Source: a virus (taxonomy: Duplodnaviria > Caudoviricetes). Taken from it: DNA of 64,000 nt. Positions 55,759-64,000 of this stretch are shown here, piece after piece. The notes beneath the pieces were generated by a model. That model searched no databases. It was not told where the DNA came from and saw only the letters and a program-made list of their open reading frames with translations. Within the stretch, counting starts at the first letter, position 1; every line of letters starts with the position of its first letter. A program made the translations under genes and the position numbers. The stretch lies in IMG/VR virus record IMGVR_UViG_3300044647_001578, positions 8,016 through 72,015 of that record. One strand, given 5' to 3'.

Positions 55759-56127
55759 TTACTCTATAGAGTATCCTAATCCTGCTCCGATGCCAAATCC
55801 AGCTTCTGCTGCAAAACCACCTTGTAATGAAACAACATCATCTGCTGATGCTCCTATACCAAGTGCTCTTCTTCTAACATCTTCGAAGGTTGATCCCTCC
55901 CCATTTTGATTACTGCTTTCATTTAATTCAACACCCTGAATTAAAGCTAAGAACTTTCTTTTCTCTTCTTCAGTTTTTTGCATTGACTTAAAAGTCTGGA
56001 CCATCTCTGGCATTGAAAGACTATCTTCTAGTTCTTCGTAATTTTTCCAATTACCTAAAAGAAATACTTCCCCTTCTAAGGCGGCTAAATCTAGTTCTGA
56101 CCAGCCAGTACTGTTGCCGCTAGTAGG
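55759..56127 (-). CDS. tail assembly chaperone C-terminal (T) frame, reached by -1 frameshift
   Basis: -1 frame open from the slippery site C-CCA-AAC (56127-56133) into the 55759..56013 ORF. Confidence 0.8.
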   Translation of the reverse strand, partial: PTSGNSTGWSELDLAALEGEVFLLGNWKNYEELEDSLSMPEMVQTFKSMQKTEEEKRKFLALIQGVELNESSNQNGEGSTFEDVRRRALGIGASADDVVSLQGGFAAEAGFGIGAGLGYSIE

Positions 56128-56423
56128 TTTGGGTCGTCCATCTTAATTCCTCCGCATACTTCAAGAATGCGATTGATTGTTGGAACGTCAAGTGTGTCTT
56201 CAAATGCGTCAATATCTTTAACTAGCTCTGGGAGTTGCTTTTCTAAAGCCACTGCACATGCTTCAATTAAAATTGTTAGTGTTTCGTCTTCTGATGTTAC
56301 TTCTGCTGTCTTTTGAATGACTATCATAAACTTACGAAGCTCTTTAATTGTTAAAGGCTTAAGTTTAACTGTTGCGCCATTTTGTAGTTGAATCTCTTCA
56401 ACGTCGTATACTGTAGTTGCCAA
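56091..56423 (-). CDS. tail assembly chaperone (G)
   Basis: Between major tail and tape measure; GGAGG SD; slippery heptamer near 3' end. Confidence 0.85.
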   Translation of the reverse strand: MATTVYDVEEIQLQNGATVKLKPLTIKELRKFMIVIQKTAEVTSEDETLTILIEACAVALEKQLPELVKDIDAFEDTLDVPTINRILEVCGGIKMDDPNLLAATVLAGQN

Positions 56424-56482
56424 TTTAATCCTCCTAGGATCTTGTCTTAATTATTGTATCATATCCAAAATATAAGAGCAAT

Positions 56483-56509
56483 AGAAAGCCCCCCAATTTC
56501 TTGGGGGGC
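56483..56509 (-). terminator. terminator after major tail gene
   Basis: GCCCCCCAA-GAAA-TTGGGGGGC-TTTCT. Confidence 0.8.
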
Positions 56510-56533
56510 AACCTATTAATTAAATTAAATTAA

Positions 56534-57226
56534 TTATGCTACTAGGACACGGTCAATAATAACGCCGTATTCCTTGCCTGCCTTTGCTTCTACTGGAAGC
56601 AAACGGAAGGTTACTGGGAATGTTGTTGCTGCGTTACGTGATAGTGAGAACTGTGACTGTTGTACAGAAAGAACACGACGAGCATAATATACACGCTCTG
56701 CCTTTGTTACGCCTTCTGTAGGTGCCTGTCCAACTGCTACTAGCTGACGCTCTGTTGGTGCAATACCAAGAGCTCCTGCTTCTAGACCAATTGTAGATGT
56801 CTTTGTATCTGTTGCACCTGCTGTTGCTGCTGATCCTGCTTGTCCGAATACTGCAAGAACGTTCTCAAGAGTACCTTCTGCAAGCTCTGTTGCAATCATA
56901 ACTTCCATTGACTCTTTGAAAAGCTTTGCTGAGTCAAGAAGCTGATCTACTGTTACTGAACCGTATGATGGGTTGTAAGTAATTTGAAGACCGTTATTTG
57001 TAAATCCAACGTTTCTCCACTTTGTAGCGTTTGCTGGCAAGTTAAGTGTGTCTGCGTATGGTACTGTTGCTGGTACTGGTGGTGTTGCTCCTGCTGCCTT
57101 TACAACAAAACTTACACCGTCGGTTGAACCTGGCTCCATGTCATCCTTGTAGTTTGCTGATGTTGAATCAAGTGCTGACAAGAATAGTGGAGAAGCTCCA
57201 ACTAGAATATTTTTGGCTGATGCCAT
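56534..57226 (-). CDS. major tail protein
   Basis: VGFTNNGLQITY...VDQL, FPVTFRLL; GGAGG SD; position; followed by terminator. Confidence 0.85.
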   Translation of the reverse strand: MASAKNILVGASPLFLSALDSTSANYKDDMEPGSTDGVSFVVKAAGATPPVPATVPYADTLNLPANATKWRNVGFTNNGLQITYNPSYGSVTVDQLLDSAKLFKESMEVMIATELAEGTLENVLAVFGQAGSAATAGATDTKTSTIGLEAGALGIAPTERQLVAVGQAPTEGVTKAERVYYARRVLSVQQSQFSLSRNAATTFPVTFRLLPVEAKAGKEYGVIIDRVLVA

Positions 57227-57341
57227 TTGTATTACCTCCATTAAATAAATATATATATTGACTTACTTTTTAAATCTAAATCAAAGCTGGCTAGGCTTTT
57301 TCCTCTTAGCTAATTTTACTGGATAACTTGACTAAAAGCAA

Positions 57342-57851
57342 CTAGTTGAATCTACCCTTAGAATCAGTACTCCTGGAGTATTTGGCCTCTAGGATCACAT
57401 CTGTTGACATAAAGCCTTTTAATTCTAGGGAGGGCTCTATGGGTGATGTTTCTATCACATGAATACTATGGAATTTTAGCTTACTGGGCCGAATTGAATT
57501 ATTTACATCTTGGGCAGATTCGTCCATTCTTCTAAATAGGTCCATCATGATGTTTCTTATTTCATAGATTTCTGTGACATCTGTTGAATATATAGTAAAA
57601 AGAATTTTCTCGCAGGCCAAGAGCCAGATGTCTTCAAATGAAAGACCTATCTTGTCATAGATAATGTGCTTCTTTCCATTTAAAAATTGATCCATTTCTG
57701 GGGATTGCTGTACTGGGATAATGGGTATAATCTCTGTACCTAGGTTATCTGAATAATAATCATAGGCATCAAATATCCCCGCCGCCTTTAATTCTTTCCA
57801 TAAAAATTTACGAAGCTCAAACATTGCGTCTACTTTATAATCTACGGTCAT
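57342..57851 (-). CDS. tail terminator-like protein
   Basis: Synteny directly upstream of major tail. Confidence 0.55.
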   Translation of the reverse strand: MTVDYKVDAMFELRKFLWKELKAAGIFDAYDYYSDNLGTEIIPIIPVQQSPEMDQFLNGKKHIIYDKIGLSFEDIWLLACEKILFTIYSTDVTEIYEIRNIMMDLFRRMDESAQDVNNSIRPSKLKFHSIHVIETSPIEPSLELKGFMSTDVILEAKYSRSTDSKGRFN

Positions 57852-58636
57852 AGCGAGCCTCCAAATGCTGCATGTAATGATGCGTCAGCCTGTACCCTTA
57901 TTTTACCAGGGGTGAAGCTATATTGCACTTTTTTAATATTCATTGGAACATCAAGCGCCTTTGCTATTTTTGAATTAAATATCCTTTGTAGCCCAGACGA
58001 TTTAATTGAAGCGTTAACTAATTGACCTCCAAAAAATCTTCCATACGACAATGCAAACTGGTGTGATGCTTGGGCTCCACCAGGCTTCTTAACGGTCACT
58101 GACGTGCCTTTGGGCATAAAGACTGTTTCACCATCCATCTCGAACACAAGTCGCTCAGCGGACCTTGGGCGGATTACTATGGGCATTCCAGCTTCCATCA
58201 CGTCTGCCTTGTTTGCAAATACATATTTTTTCTTTTGTTTTTTATTTTTAGTTGGTACGGATGAAACTGATGGCTTAAAGTTATAATTTATTCTAAATGA
58301 AAGTCCTTCTGTTTCAATTGTATAAAGTTTAAATAGTCTAGAGGAAGGTGTGCCTGCCTTATTCCATTCGTAAACATGGTGTAATGATCTAGGCTTTGTT
58401 CTTGCCTGTGAATCCATATATAGCCCAAAATCTTTTTCTATCTGATTAAAGATAGTTGTTTTAAACAAATTCTTAAATGATTCGTTTGTAGTTAGTTTAG
58501 ACATTACTGCAGCCTCATAATATAAAAATGCAGATATCTGTGCAACTGTGCTGTCCTTTAAAATTCCTGGGACTGAACCTGCCATCAATCTTTCAAGCCC
58601 ACTGGCAGTCTGAATTAAGGCTACGCTAGAATCCAA
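57848..58636 (-). CDS. head-tail/neck protein
   Basis: Synteny; probable TTG start (LDSSVA). Confidence 0.55.
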   Translation of the reverse strand: MDSSVALIQTASGLERLMAGSVPGILKDSTVAQISAFLYYEAAVMSKLTTNESFKNLFKTTIFNQIEKDFGLYMDSQARTKPRSLHHVYEWNKAGTPSSRLFKLYTIETEGLSFRINYNFKPSVSSVPTKNKKQKKKYVFANKADVMEAGMPIVIRPRSAERLVFEMDGETVFMPKGTSVTVKKPGGAQASHQFALSYGRFFGGQLVNASIKSSGLQRIFNSKIAKALDVPMNIKKVQYSFTPGKIRVQADASLHAAFGGSL

Positions 58637-59051
58637 TTTCCTGATTCTCCGATCTCTTTGCAATAGAGTTATATGCAAGGACATTACCAAATGGATCGGT
58701 AATCGGGGTAGAGCTTATAACCTCAAATACTGTGGGGGTATTGTTTGGATAGTTGATTTCTTTCCAGACTACGTTGCCACTCATATCTCTAACGTTAGTA
58801 ACTTTCTCTCTATACGTTATTGGGTCTGGTGTTCTTATCTCAAGCATTTGCTCATTCATATATTTGTTGTTAAATGTTTGTCTGTCTCCGCCTCTGCCTG
58901 TACCAGAATTTGAAATAATTCCTTTTGCAGAACATGGAACAGACCTAGTAAATATCCACTCTTTTTTAATAGCACCAGTATTTTCATCCTGAGTGTCTAA
59001 TTGAAGGTAGATATCTAGCTTCATTGGCATTAATGAAGTTGCCAGACTCAT
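58626..59051 (-). CDS. head-tail stopper-like protein
   Basis: QDENTGAIKKEW; synteny. Confidence 0.6.
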   Translation of the reverse strand: MSLATSLMPMKLDIYLQLDTQDENTGAIKKEWIFTRSVPCSAKGIISNSGTGRGGDRQTFNNKYMNEQMLEIRTPDPITYREKVTNVRDMSGNVVWKEINYPNNTPTVFEVISSTPITDPFGNVLAYNSIAKRSENQEIGF

Positions 59052-60011
59052 TTAGATTATAACCATACCGTTTGTGACATATGGTGCAAGCAGCTGATCT
59101 GCATATAAACTTCCAGTGCCCTTGTGTGCGGTATCTAAAAATTCAAACTTCCAATCAAAAGTGCTTATATTTTTTACGTACTTGTCTTTCCAAGCACGAT
59201 CTTTTTCAAAGTATTGTTGCATTAATGCTAGGCAAGCTTCTGATACATTGTCTGGGACACGCTTCCATCCATACCAACCTTGAACATCGTACTGGTATCC
59301 TTTTTTAAATGATCCAGAGTATCCTTGGTCATTAATTGATGGAGGTATAAGTCCATTGGCTGTATACACAATGTTGTCCATTAAGTTCTGCTTGTTTGCT
59401 GCAATTGCATATTGTGATTCTGTTATTAGATGCGTAGAATAAAATGGTCCTGGGAGCGGTACGCCTTCTTCTTTAATAAAATCAATTTGCAATATTCTTG
59501 TCTTTAACGGAAGCACGTCTGTGCCACTGCCGTACTGAGTCTCCGTCATATATTTTTCTGAAAAGAATTGATTTGTATAGGCATCAATTAATTTTCTTGC
59601 GTATCGTTCTGCAATTTTTAATTCATTATAAGACCTATAGTTTGGGTCAGATACGTCTGTTCCAATATTTAGTCTATCAAGTGATTCAGAAATGCTAACA
59701 TACGGCCTGACAACATCTACTATTTGTTTGTGTGTTGTTGGGATTCCGTTTACAGAATAGCTCCAGGTAATCTCTAGCGTAGGCTCATTAAAGTTAGATG
59801 CCGCTTGTGGAATTATAATTTCGTAAGTCCCAAAGTCTGAATCTAACTTTGTTGCAGTGTAGGAAGCTGATGGCAAACCGCCAAACGGTGCTCCGTCTGG
59901 GTTGGATCTTTTAGTTAACGCAGTTACTGTGCCGTCTGCGTCTGTTATTTCACCTGCCCAGTAAATTTTAGTTATTACTTTTGAGGCTTGATCTTTATAT
60001 ATTTCTGCCAT
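59052..60011 (-). CDS. head-tail adaptor
   Basis: ARKLIDAYTNQFF, GWKRVPDNVSEAC, ADQLLAPY. Confidence 0.7.
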   Translation of the reverse strand: MAEIYKDQASKVITKIYWAGEITDADGTVTALTKRSNPDGAPFGGLPSASYTATKLDSDFGTYEIIIPQAASNFNEPTLEITWSYSVNGIPTTHKQIVDVVRPYVSISESLDRLNIGTDVSDPNYRSYNELKIAERYARKLIDAYTNQFFSEKYMTETQYGSGTDVLPLKTRILQIDFIKEEGVPLPGPFYSTHLITESQYAIAANKQNLMDNIVYTANGLIPPSINDQGYSGSFKKGYQYDVQGWYGWKRVPDNVSEACLALMQQYFEKDRAWKDKYVKNISTFDWKFEFLDTAHKGTGSLYADQLLAPYVTNGMVII

Positions 60012-60027
60012 TAACTTATGTTAACGT

Positions 60028-60420
60028 TTAGTTGTAGAAGTCTTGAACTTCCTTTGGTGTCGCTAAACGAAAACCCTCCTCTGTATCAAAGATTTTTTGA
60101 GCATCATCTTCAGACATTGCTATAAAAGGATGATCTTTTGTAAAGGTATATCCGTGGATATCGTATCTGTGATTATCTCTTGTCATTCTTACAAGCAGGG
60201 TATCTTCTGGTTGCGCTTTTGGATCAAACTTTGGAAGAATTTCAATTTCTTCTGTGTCTCTTTCAATTGCCTCTACCGTACTTTGATATACACTCCAGGT
60301 AACGCCTTCTTCTGCTAGAGCTGCAATAATGTCTTTTTTATTCTTTAGGCCTTCTGTATCAACTGCAAAATCTGTTGCAATTACTTTTAATTCAGCCACC
60401 TTTAATGTGTCAAACGACAT
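60028..60420 (-). CDS. hypothetical head-associated protein (HeH/SAP-like N-terminus)
   Basis: LKVAELKVIA...KKDIIAAL; AGGAG SD; TGCTATAAT at 60451-60459. Confidence 0.6.
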   Translation of the reverse strand: MSFDTLKVAELKVIATDFAVDTEGLKNKKDIIAALAEEGVTWSVYQSTVEAIERDTEEIEILPKFDPKAQPEDTLLVRMTRDNHRYDIHGYTFTKDHPFIAMSEDDAQKIFDTEEGFRLATPKEVQDFYN

Positions 60421-60473
60421 ATTTTATTTCTCCTTTTTCTAGGTCCTTTAATTATAGCATTGTTAAATTTAAA

Positions 60474-60501
60474 TGAAAAGCCCCCAAAATTAATTGGGGG
60501 C
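60474..60501 (-). terminator. terminator after capsid gene
   Basis: GCCCCCAA-N6-TTGGGGGC-TTTT. Confidence 0.8.
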
Positions 60502-60527
60502 CTTTCTGTAGTCTAATTCTTAATTAA

Positions 60528-61577
60528 TTAAGAAGCAACCTTAACGTTCTTTACAACGACCCAAGCGTCTGCCTGCTCGATTTGAACGCCAACACGAGTA
60601 TACATTGTGTACTCGATTGTGTCCTTGCGTGGCTGGAAGAAGCGGTAAACAGTTACATCACGCTTGATACCAATAACTACGTTATTTGGGAATGTCAAGT
60701 GGACGTCTCCGTGTGAACCTGATGGGCTTGCGTATGTACCTGTCTGTGTCTCAGGAAGCAATGGAACTTCAACGATTGGAATACCAAATGCGTATGGAGC
60801 TACATATCCTGCTGGACCTCCAAGAACAGGAACATCACCACGGATAATGCCAGAGGCAATATCTTGTGGAGTAACGTTCTGAATGTTCTGTGAGTTAGAG
60901 AACAAGTAATCTTGGATCAAGTTTGATCCAGAAAGGAAGCGAAGGTCTGTACGACGTTGCTTGTACTTACGTGGCATTGCCTTAAGAGCCTTGTTGAAGA
61001 TCTCACGGGAAATTCCCGCACCTGCTGCATCTACTACACGACCATGTGTCTTTGCCTTCTTAACTGCACCGTCAAATGACTTGTACAGAGCATCGGCTGA
61101 AAGTGATGTGTCACCGTTAAGAATAAGATCTTCGATGTCATTTCCAGCTTGTGTTGCCATCATACGTGCAATATGATCTTCAAGATCTGCACCTTCGATG
61201 TTGTCTTCTAGAGACTCAGTTGAAAGTTCCCAGTCCATGCGGAGCTTCTTTGTTGTGAGAGAGATCTTTGAGAATGTTACACCCTGGTTTACAGCTGTGT
61301 TTTCTCCTTCGGATGCAAGCTTTACAAGCTTTTCTCCTACTGACATGCGATCAATTTCTGTTGTGTCGGATTTCATACGAACCGTACGTGCAACCTTACC
61401 AATTACGGTAGCATCGAACATATAGTCCAAGAATCTTGCTGATTGTTCTGGGTTTAGAAGTCCACCGTTGCCATTTTCTGAAGCAACATGAACGCCTGAA
61501 CCACCTGTTGAAGAACCGAACCCAGTTGATACTGTTGTACCAGCTGCTGCGGCCTTTTCTAATAATTCATTACTCAT
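60528..61577 (-). CDS. major capsid protein (HK97 fold)
   Basis: GGLLNPEQSARF, LSTESLEDNIEG, DIEDLILNGD, FGIPIVEVP; follows protease/scaffold. Confidence 0.92.
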   Translation of the reverse strand: MSNELLEKAAAAGTTVSTGFGSSTGGSGVHVASENGNGGLLNPEQSARFLDYMFDATVIGKVARTVRMKSDTTEIDRMSVGEKLVKLASEGENTAVNQGVTFSKISLTTKKLRMDWELSTESLEDNIEGADLEDHIARMMATQAGNDIEDLILNGDTSLSADALYKSFDGAVKKAKTHGRVVDAAGAGISREIFNKALKAMPRKYKQRRTDLRFLSGSNLIQDYLFSNSQNIQNVTPQDIASGIIRGDVPVLGGPAGYVAPYAFGIPIVEVPLLPETQTGTYASPSGSHGDVHLTFPNNVVIGIKRDVTVYRFFQPRKDTIEYTMYTRVGVQIEQADAWVVVKNVKVAS

Positions 61578-61598
61578 TTTTATTTCACCTACCTTATT

Positions 61599-62951
61599 TT
61601 AGTTAAAGATTTCATTTACGGAACCGAGGAAAGCTCCTGACCATTTTGATTTGGATTTGGTAAACACCTCAGACCCGCCAAGGTCAGAGGACTTCTTAAT
61701 TGCGGTATCGCCTTCTACGGCATCAACCTGCTTTTGAACACCATCAATGGTGCCCTTTATCTCTGTCACAGCAGCACTAAGTGCGCTGTGCTTTTCTGCC
61801 AACTCAGAAATTCTATCGTCGACGCTCTTGCTGAAAGCTTCTACAGATGTTTTAATTTCTGTAACTTGTGCAGCATTTGCTTCTGTAGCTTTTGTGAGTG
61901 TCTCTGCGAAAAAGCCTTTTAGATCGCCTAACATTTTTGCAAAATCAGGTTCATCAACCATAACTTCTACTGTATCGGCTGCTTTTTCAACGTTGTCGGC
62001 AGAGGCTTCTTCAGTTGCAACTTCTGCAACCTCGGATGATTTGTCAAAAAGATCGACATTTGCTTCATCTGCTGCTGGAGCTTCTACGGCTACGGCTTCA
62101 GTTGATTCGATTGTTGCTTCTGCTGTTAAAGCTTTTTCAACATTATCAATGTTTGTATCTGACATTTTATTACCTCCTTCTACGTTTGCCTGTTTTGCTA
62201 ATTGTGTTTCAGGCAACGGTAATCTTGACTTCTTGAATGAAGCAAGAATCTTATCTATCTCTTTTGACTTATTGATATCTGAACTTTCTACCCAACCGAT
62301 TAGCGCAGCTGGTTTTCCAGATATAGGTGAATCAAAAGTTTTTTCTGTGGACATAAACACTGAGTCGCTGTCTTCGCAATAAAAAATATTTTCTGTTACT
62401 ACATTTGCAGCAAGGCCTTTGTAAATCATTTGTCCGTTAACCTTTTCGATTGACAAAATATTACATAGCTCGTTTGCTGGTGAGTCAACAATTGAAAGCT
62501 CAACTAGATCATAATCCTTGATAAATCTAACTGCTTCTCCTGTTGCCTTGTTAACTTCGTTGTCTGACTCTTTAATCTTTCCGCCGATTGAAAAACCAGA
62601 AAGAGTGCCATCAAGAACTTTTTCCCAAGTATCTTGTGCACCCTTTGAAATGTATGAAGTTACATAAACGCCATTGTAAAAAGTTTGAGACTTTTGATCG
62701 TAGTAGGTTTCTGGTTTGAATGAAACAACTTTACCTACTGCATTCGACTGATGCATCTCACGGAGATTTCCTCTGAAGTTTTCAAAAGCTTTTACGCTTG
62801 CCTCTGCTGTGACTACATCGCCTGTCTGGTCAACATTGTCTAATGTTGCAAAACCAGATACAGTTCTATTTTCTCGATTGACCTTAGTAAACGGAATCGA
62901 CAAATGTAGATTTTCGCCATTACTAGACCAATGGCCTTTTTCAATGTTCAT
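61599..62951 (-). CDS. prohead protease with C-terminal scaffold region
   Basis: VSGFAT, LREMH, GFSIGG, ELSIVDSPAN; acidic coiled-coil C-terminus. Confidence 0.9.
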   Translation of the reverse strand: MNIEKGHWSSNGENLHLSIPFTKVNRENRTVSGFATLDNVDQTGDVVTAEASVKAFENFRGNLREMHQSNAVGKVVSFKPETYYDQKSQTFYNGVYVTSYISKGAQDTWEKVLDGTLSGFSIGGKIKESDNEVNKATGEAVRFIKDYDLVELSIVDSPANELCNILSIEKVNGQMIYKGLAANVVTENIFYCEDSDSVFMSTEKTFDSPISGKPAALIGWVESSDINKSKEIDKILASFKKSRLPLPETQLAKQANVEGGNKMSDTNIDNVEKALTAEATIESTEAVAVEAPAADEANVDLFDKSSEVAEVATEEASADNVEKAADTVEVMVDEPDFAKMLGDLKGFFAETLTKATEANAAQVTEIKTSVEAFSKSVDDRISELAEKHSALSAAVTEIKGTIDGVQKQVDAVEGDTAIKKSSDLGGSEVFTKSKSKWSGAFLGSVNEIFN

Positions 62952-63004
62952 ATGCTTAATTTTAGTGGTTTATCTACTATAACGCAAATAACAGTTGATT
63001 AAAC

Positions 63005-64000
63005 TTATTTGACTTTTGGACCATCGCCCTTGGGGTTTCTGGCCTCTCCGCTTTTATCTGGGGCATTGGCTGATCTTTGTTGATCTCGCTTTTTATTTCC
63101 AGTGGATTTTGCTTTCTGGTCAGCCACCTGCTGTGGCTTTAAATCTACCATTTCGTCCCCGCCGTCAACCGTTGTCATATTCTTTCTAATACGAACTTCG
63201 TTTGGAGTTATTACCTGCATTCTTAAATAAATTTCATCAATACGGCTTTGGGTCTCTTCATCAGTAAGACTGAGCTCGTTGAATTTTAATTGTACGACAT
63301 CTGTCTTTTCTGCAATTAAATAATTTAATTTCTTTTCAAGTCTATCCTGTGAAGGTCGACAAACCTGTTCTTTAAATGTCTTGTCCGCATCTCTGGCAGC
63401 TGCTAGGTTAATCCCCTCTGGGATACCTATCTTGCTAATTGGAACACGGTGAGCCAAAAGAATTTCATCTCTATTAGACTTACGATAAATATTAAATGAA
63501 GACTCTTGCTCTCCTGCTTCAATTGGCTCCATCTTAAATTCTGTTTTTGAATCTGGAGTATCCGCTGGAAGTGGGATATAAAGGGATCTGTGATTCTTGC
63601 CTTTTAGTCCAACCTGGAAAAATTCAAGCAATTTTCTTTCTGACTCTGGTGAAAGCTTTGCTCCTTTTACTGTAATAATATATCTTGGGACCGCCTTGTT
63701 TTCAAAGTAGTCTAAGTTGTATCTTCCAGCAAATTCGTTTCCTGCCAGCGCTTGTTGTGCTGCAATAATATCTGGGACTCCGTAGTAGTTATTCATTGGA
63801 GTGTATTTCTTTAAATGTATAATTTCATTTGGTCGATCTTCTTGACCAGCAATTGGGCTTGGTGTTTCAAGGTCTCCAAAATTTCGGAAGTAAACCGCCT
63901 TGCCATAAAGCAATTGAATAAATCCATCACGTAATCTGCGTACACGCATTGTCTTGGCTGGTATGTGGCCTATGTAGCCTATGTCCCCAGCAGTTGTACG
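63005..64000 (-). CDS. portal protein (5' part outside window)
   Basis: EIIHLK...YYGVP, YFENKAVP, ILLAHRVP, ITPNEVR; frame open to window edge. Confidence 0.9.
   Translation of the reverse strand, partial: RTTAGDIGYIGHIPAKTMRVRRLRDGFIQLLYGKAVYFRNFGDLETPSPIAGQEDRPNEIIHLKKYTPMNNYYGVPDIIAAQQALAGNEFAGRYNLDYFENKAVPRYIITVKGAKLSPESERKLLEFFQVGLKGKNHRSLYIPLPADTPDSKTEFKMEPIEAGEQESSFNIYRKSNRDEILLAHRVPISKIGIPEGINLAAARDADKTFKEQVCRPSQDRLEKKLNYLIAEKTDVVQLKFNELSLTDEETQSRIDEIYLRMQVITPNEVRIRKNMTTVDGGDEMVDLKPQQVADQKAKSTGNKKRDQQRSANAPDKSGEARNPKGDGPKVK

Noticed and set aside
3425-62382. Long plus-strand ORFs (e.g. 3425..4024, 10312..11178, 61747..62382) and the off-frame 10373..10876 ORF
   Set aside because: Antisense or alternate-frame shadows of low-complexity Ala/Pro-rich genes, with no recognisable motifs
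1-64000. Stop-codon reassignment, prophage integration or reverse-transcriptase/DGR elements
   Set aside because: Core genes are intact in the standard code using all three stops; no suppressor tRNA, integrase, host genes or RT motif in the window

Overview
A 64 kb segment of a large, AT-rich tailed (siphovirus-type) bacteriophage genome. Essentially all genes are on the minus strand; the plus-strand ORFs are shadows. WhiB, many leaderless TANNNT-N6-ATG gene starts and CCA-less tRNAs point to an actinobacterial host, plausibly a freshwater lineage (inference). In transcription order (right to left): portal (partial), prohead protease with a nested scaffold, major capsid, head-tail proteins, major tail, tail chaperones joined by a -1 frameshift, a 4154-aa tape-measure protein, tail tip and fibre; a replication/recombination block (metallophosphoesterase, DnaB, primase, SSB, DnaE, MazG-like, RecA, Cas4-like, RuvC-like); terminase; five tRNAs; and an accessory region (2OG-Fe(II) oxygenases, CHAP endolysin, thermonuclease, Hsp20, secreted surface proteins, WhiB, Ntn and S8 proteases, thioredoxin, luciferase-like monooxygenase, APS kinase-nucleotidyltransferase fusion, micro-ORFs). 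The most notable feature is the tape-measure gene, built like a polyprotein: two HipA/PI4K-like kinase domains, an OmpA-like peptidoglycan-binding domain and three unknown modules, each bounded by clustered xxxGG motifs. This is a candidate virion-delivered effector system. Also seen: a double-pseudoknot candidate ncRNA and a ROSE-like thermometer on hsp20. All calls come from reading motifs by eye; no database searches were run.
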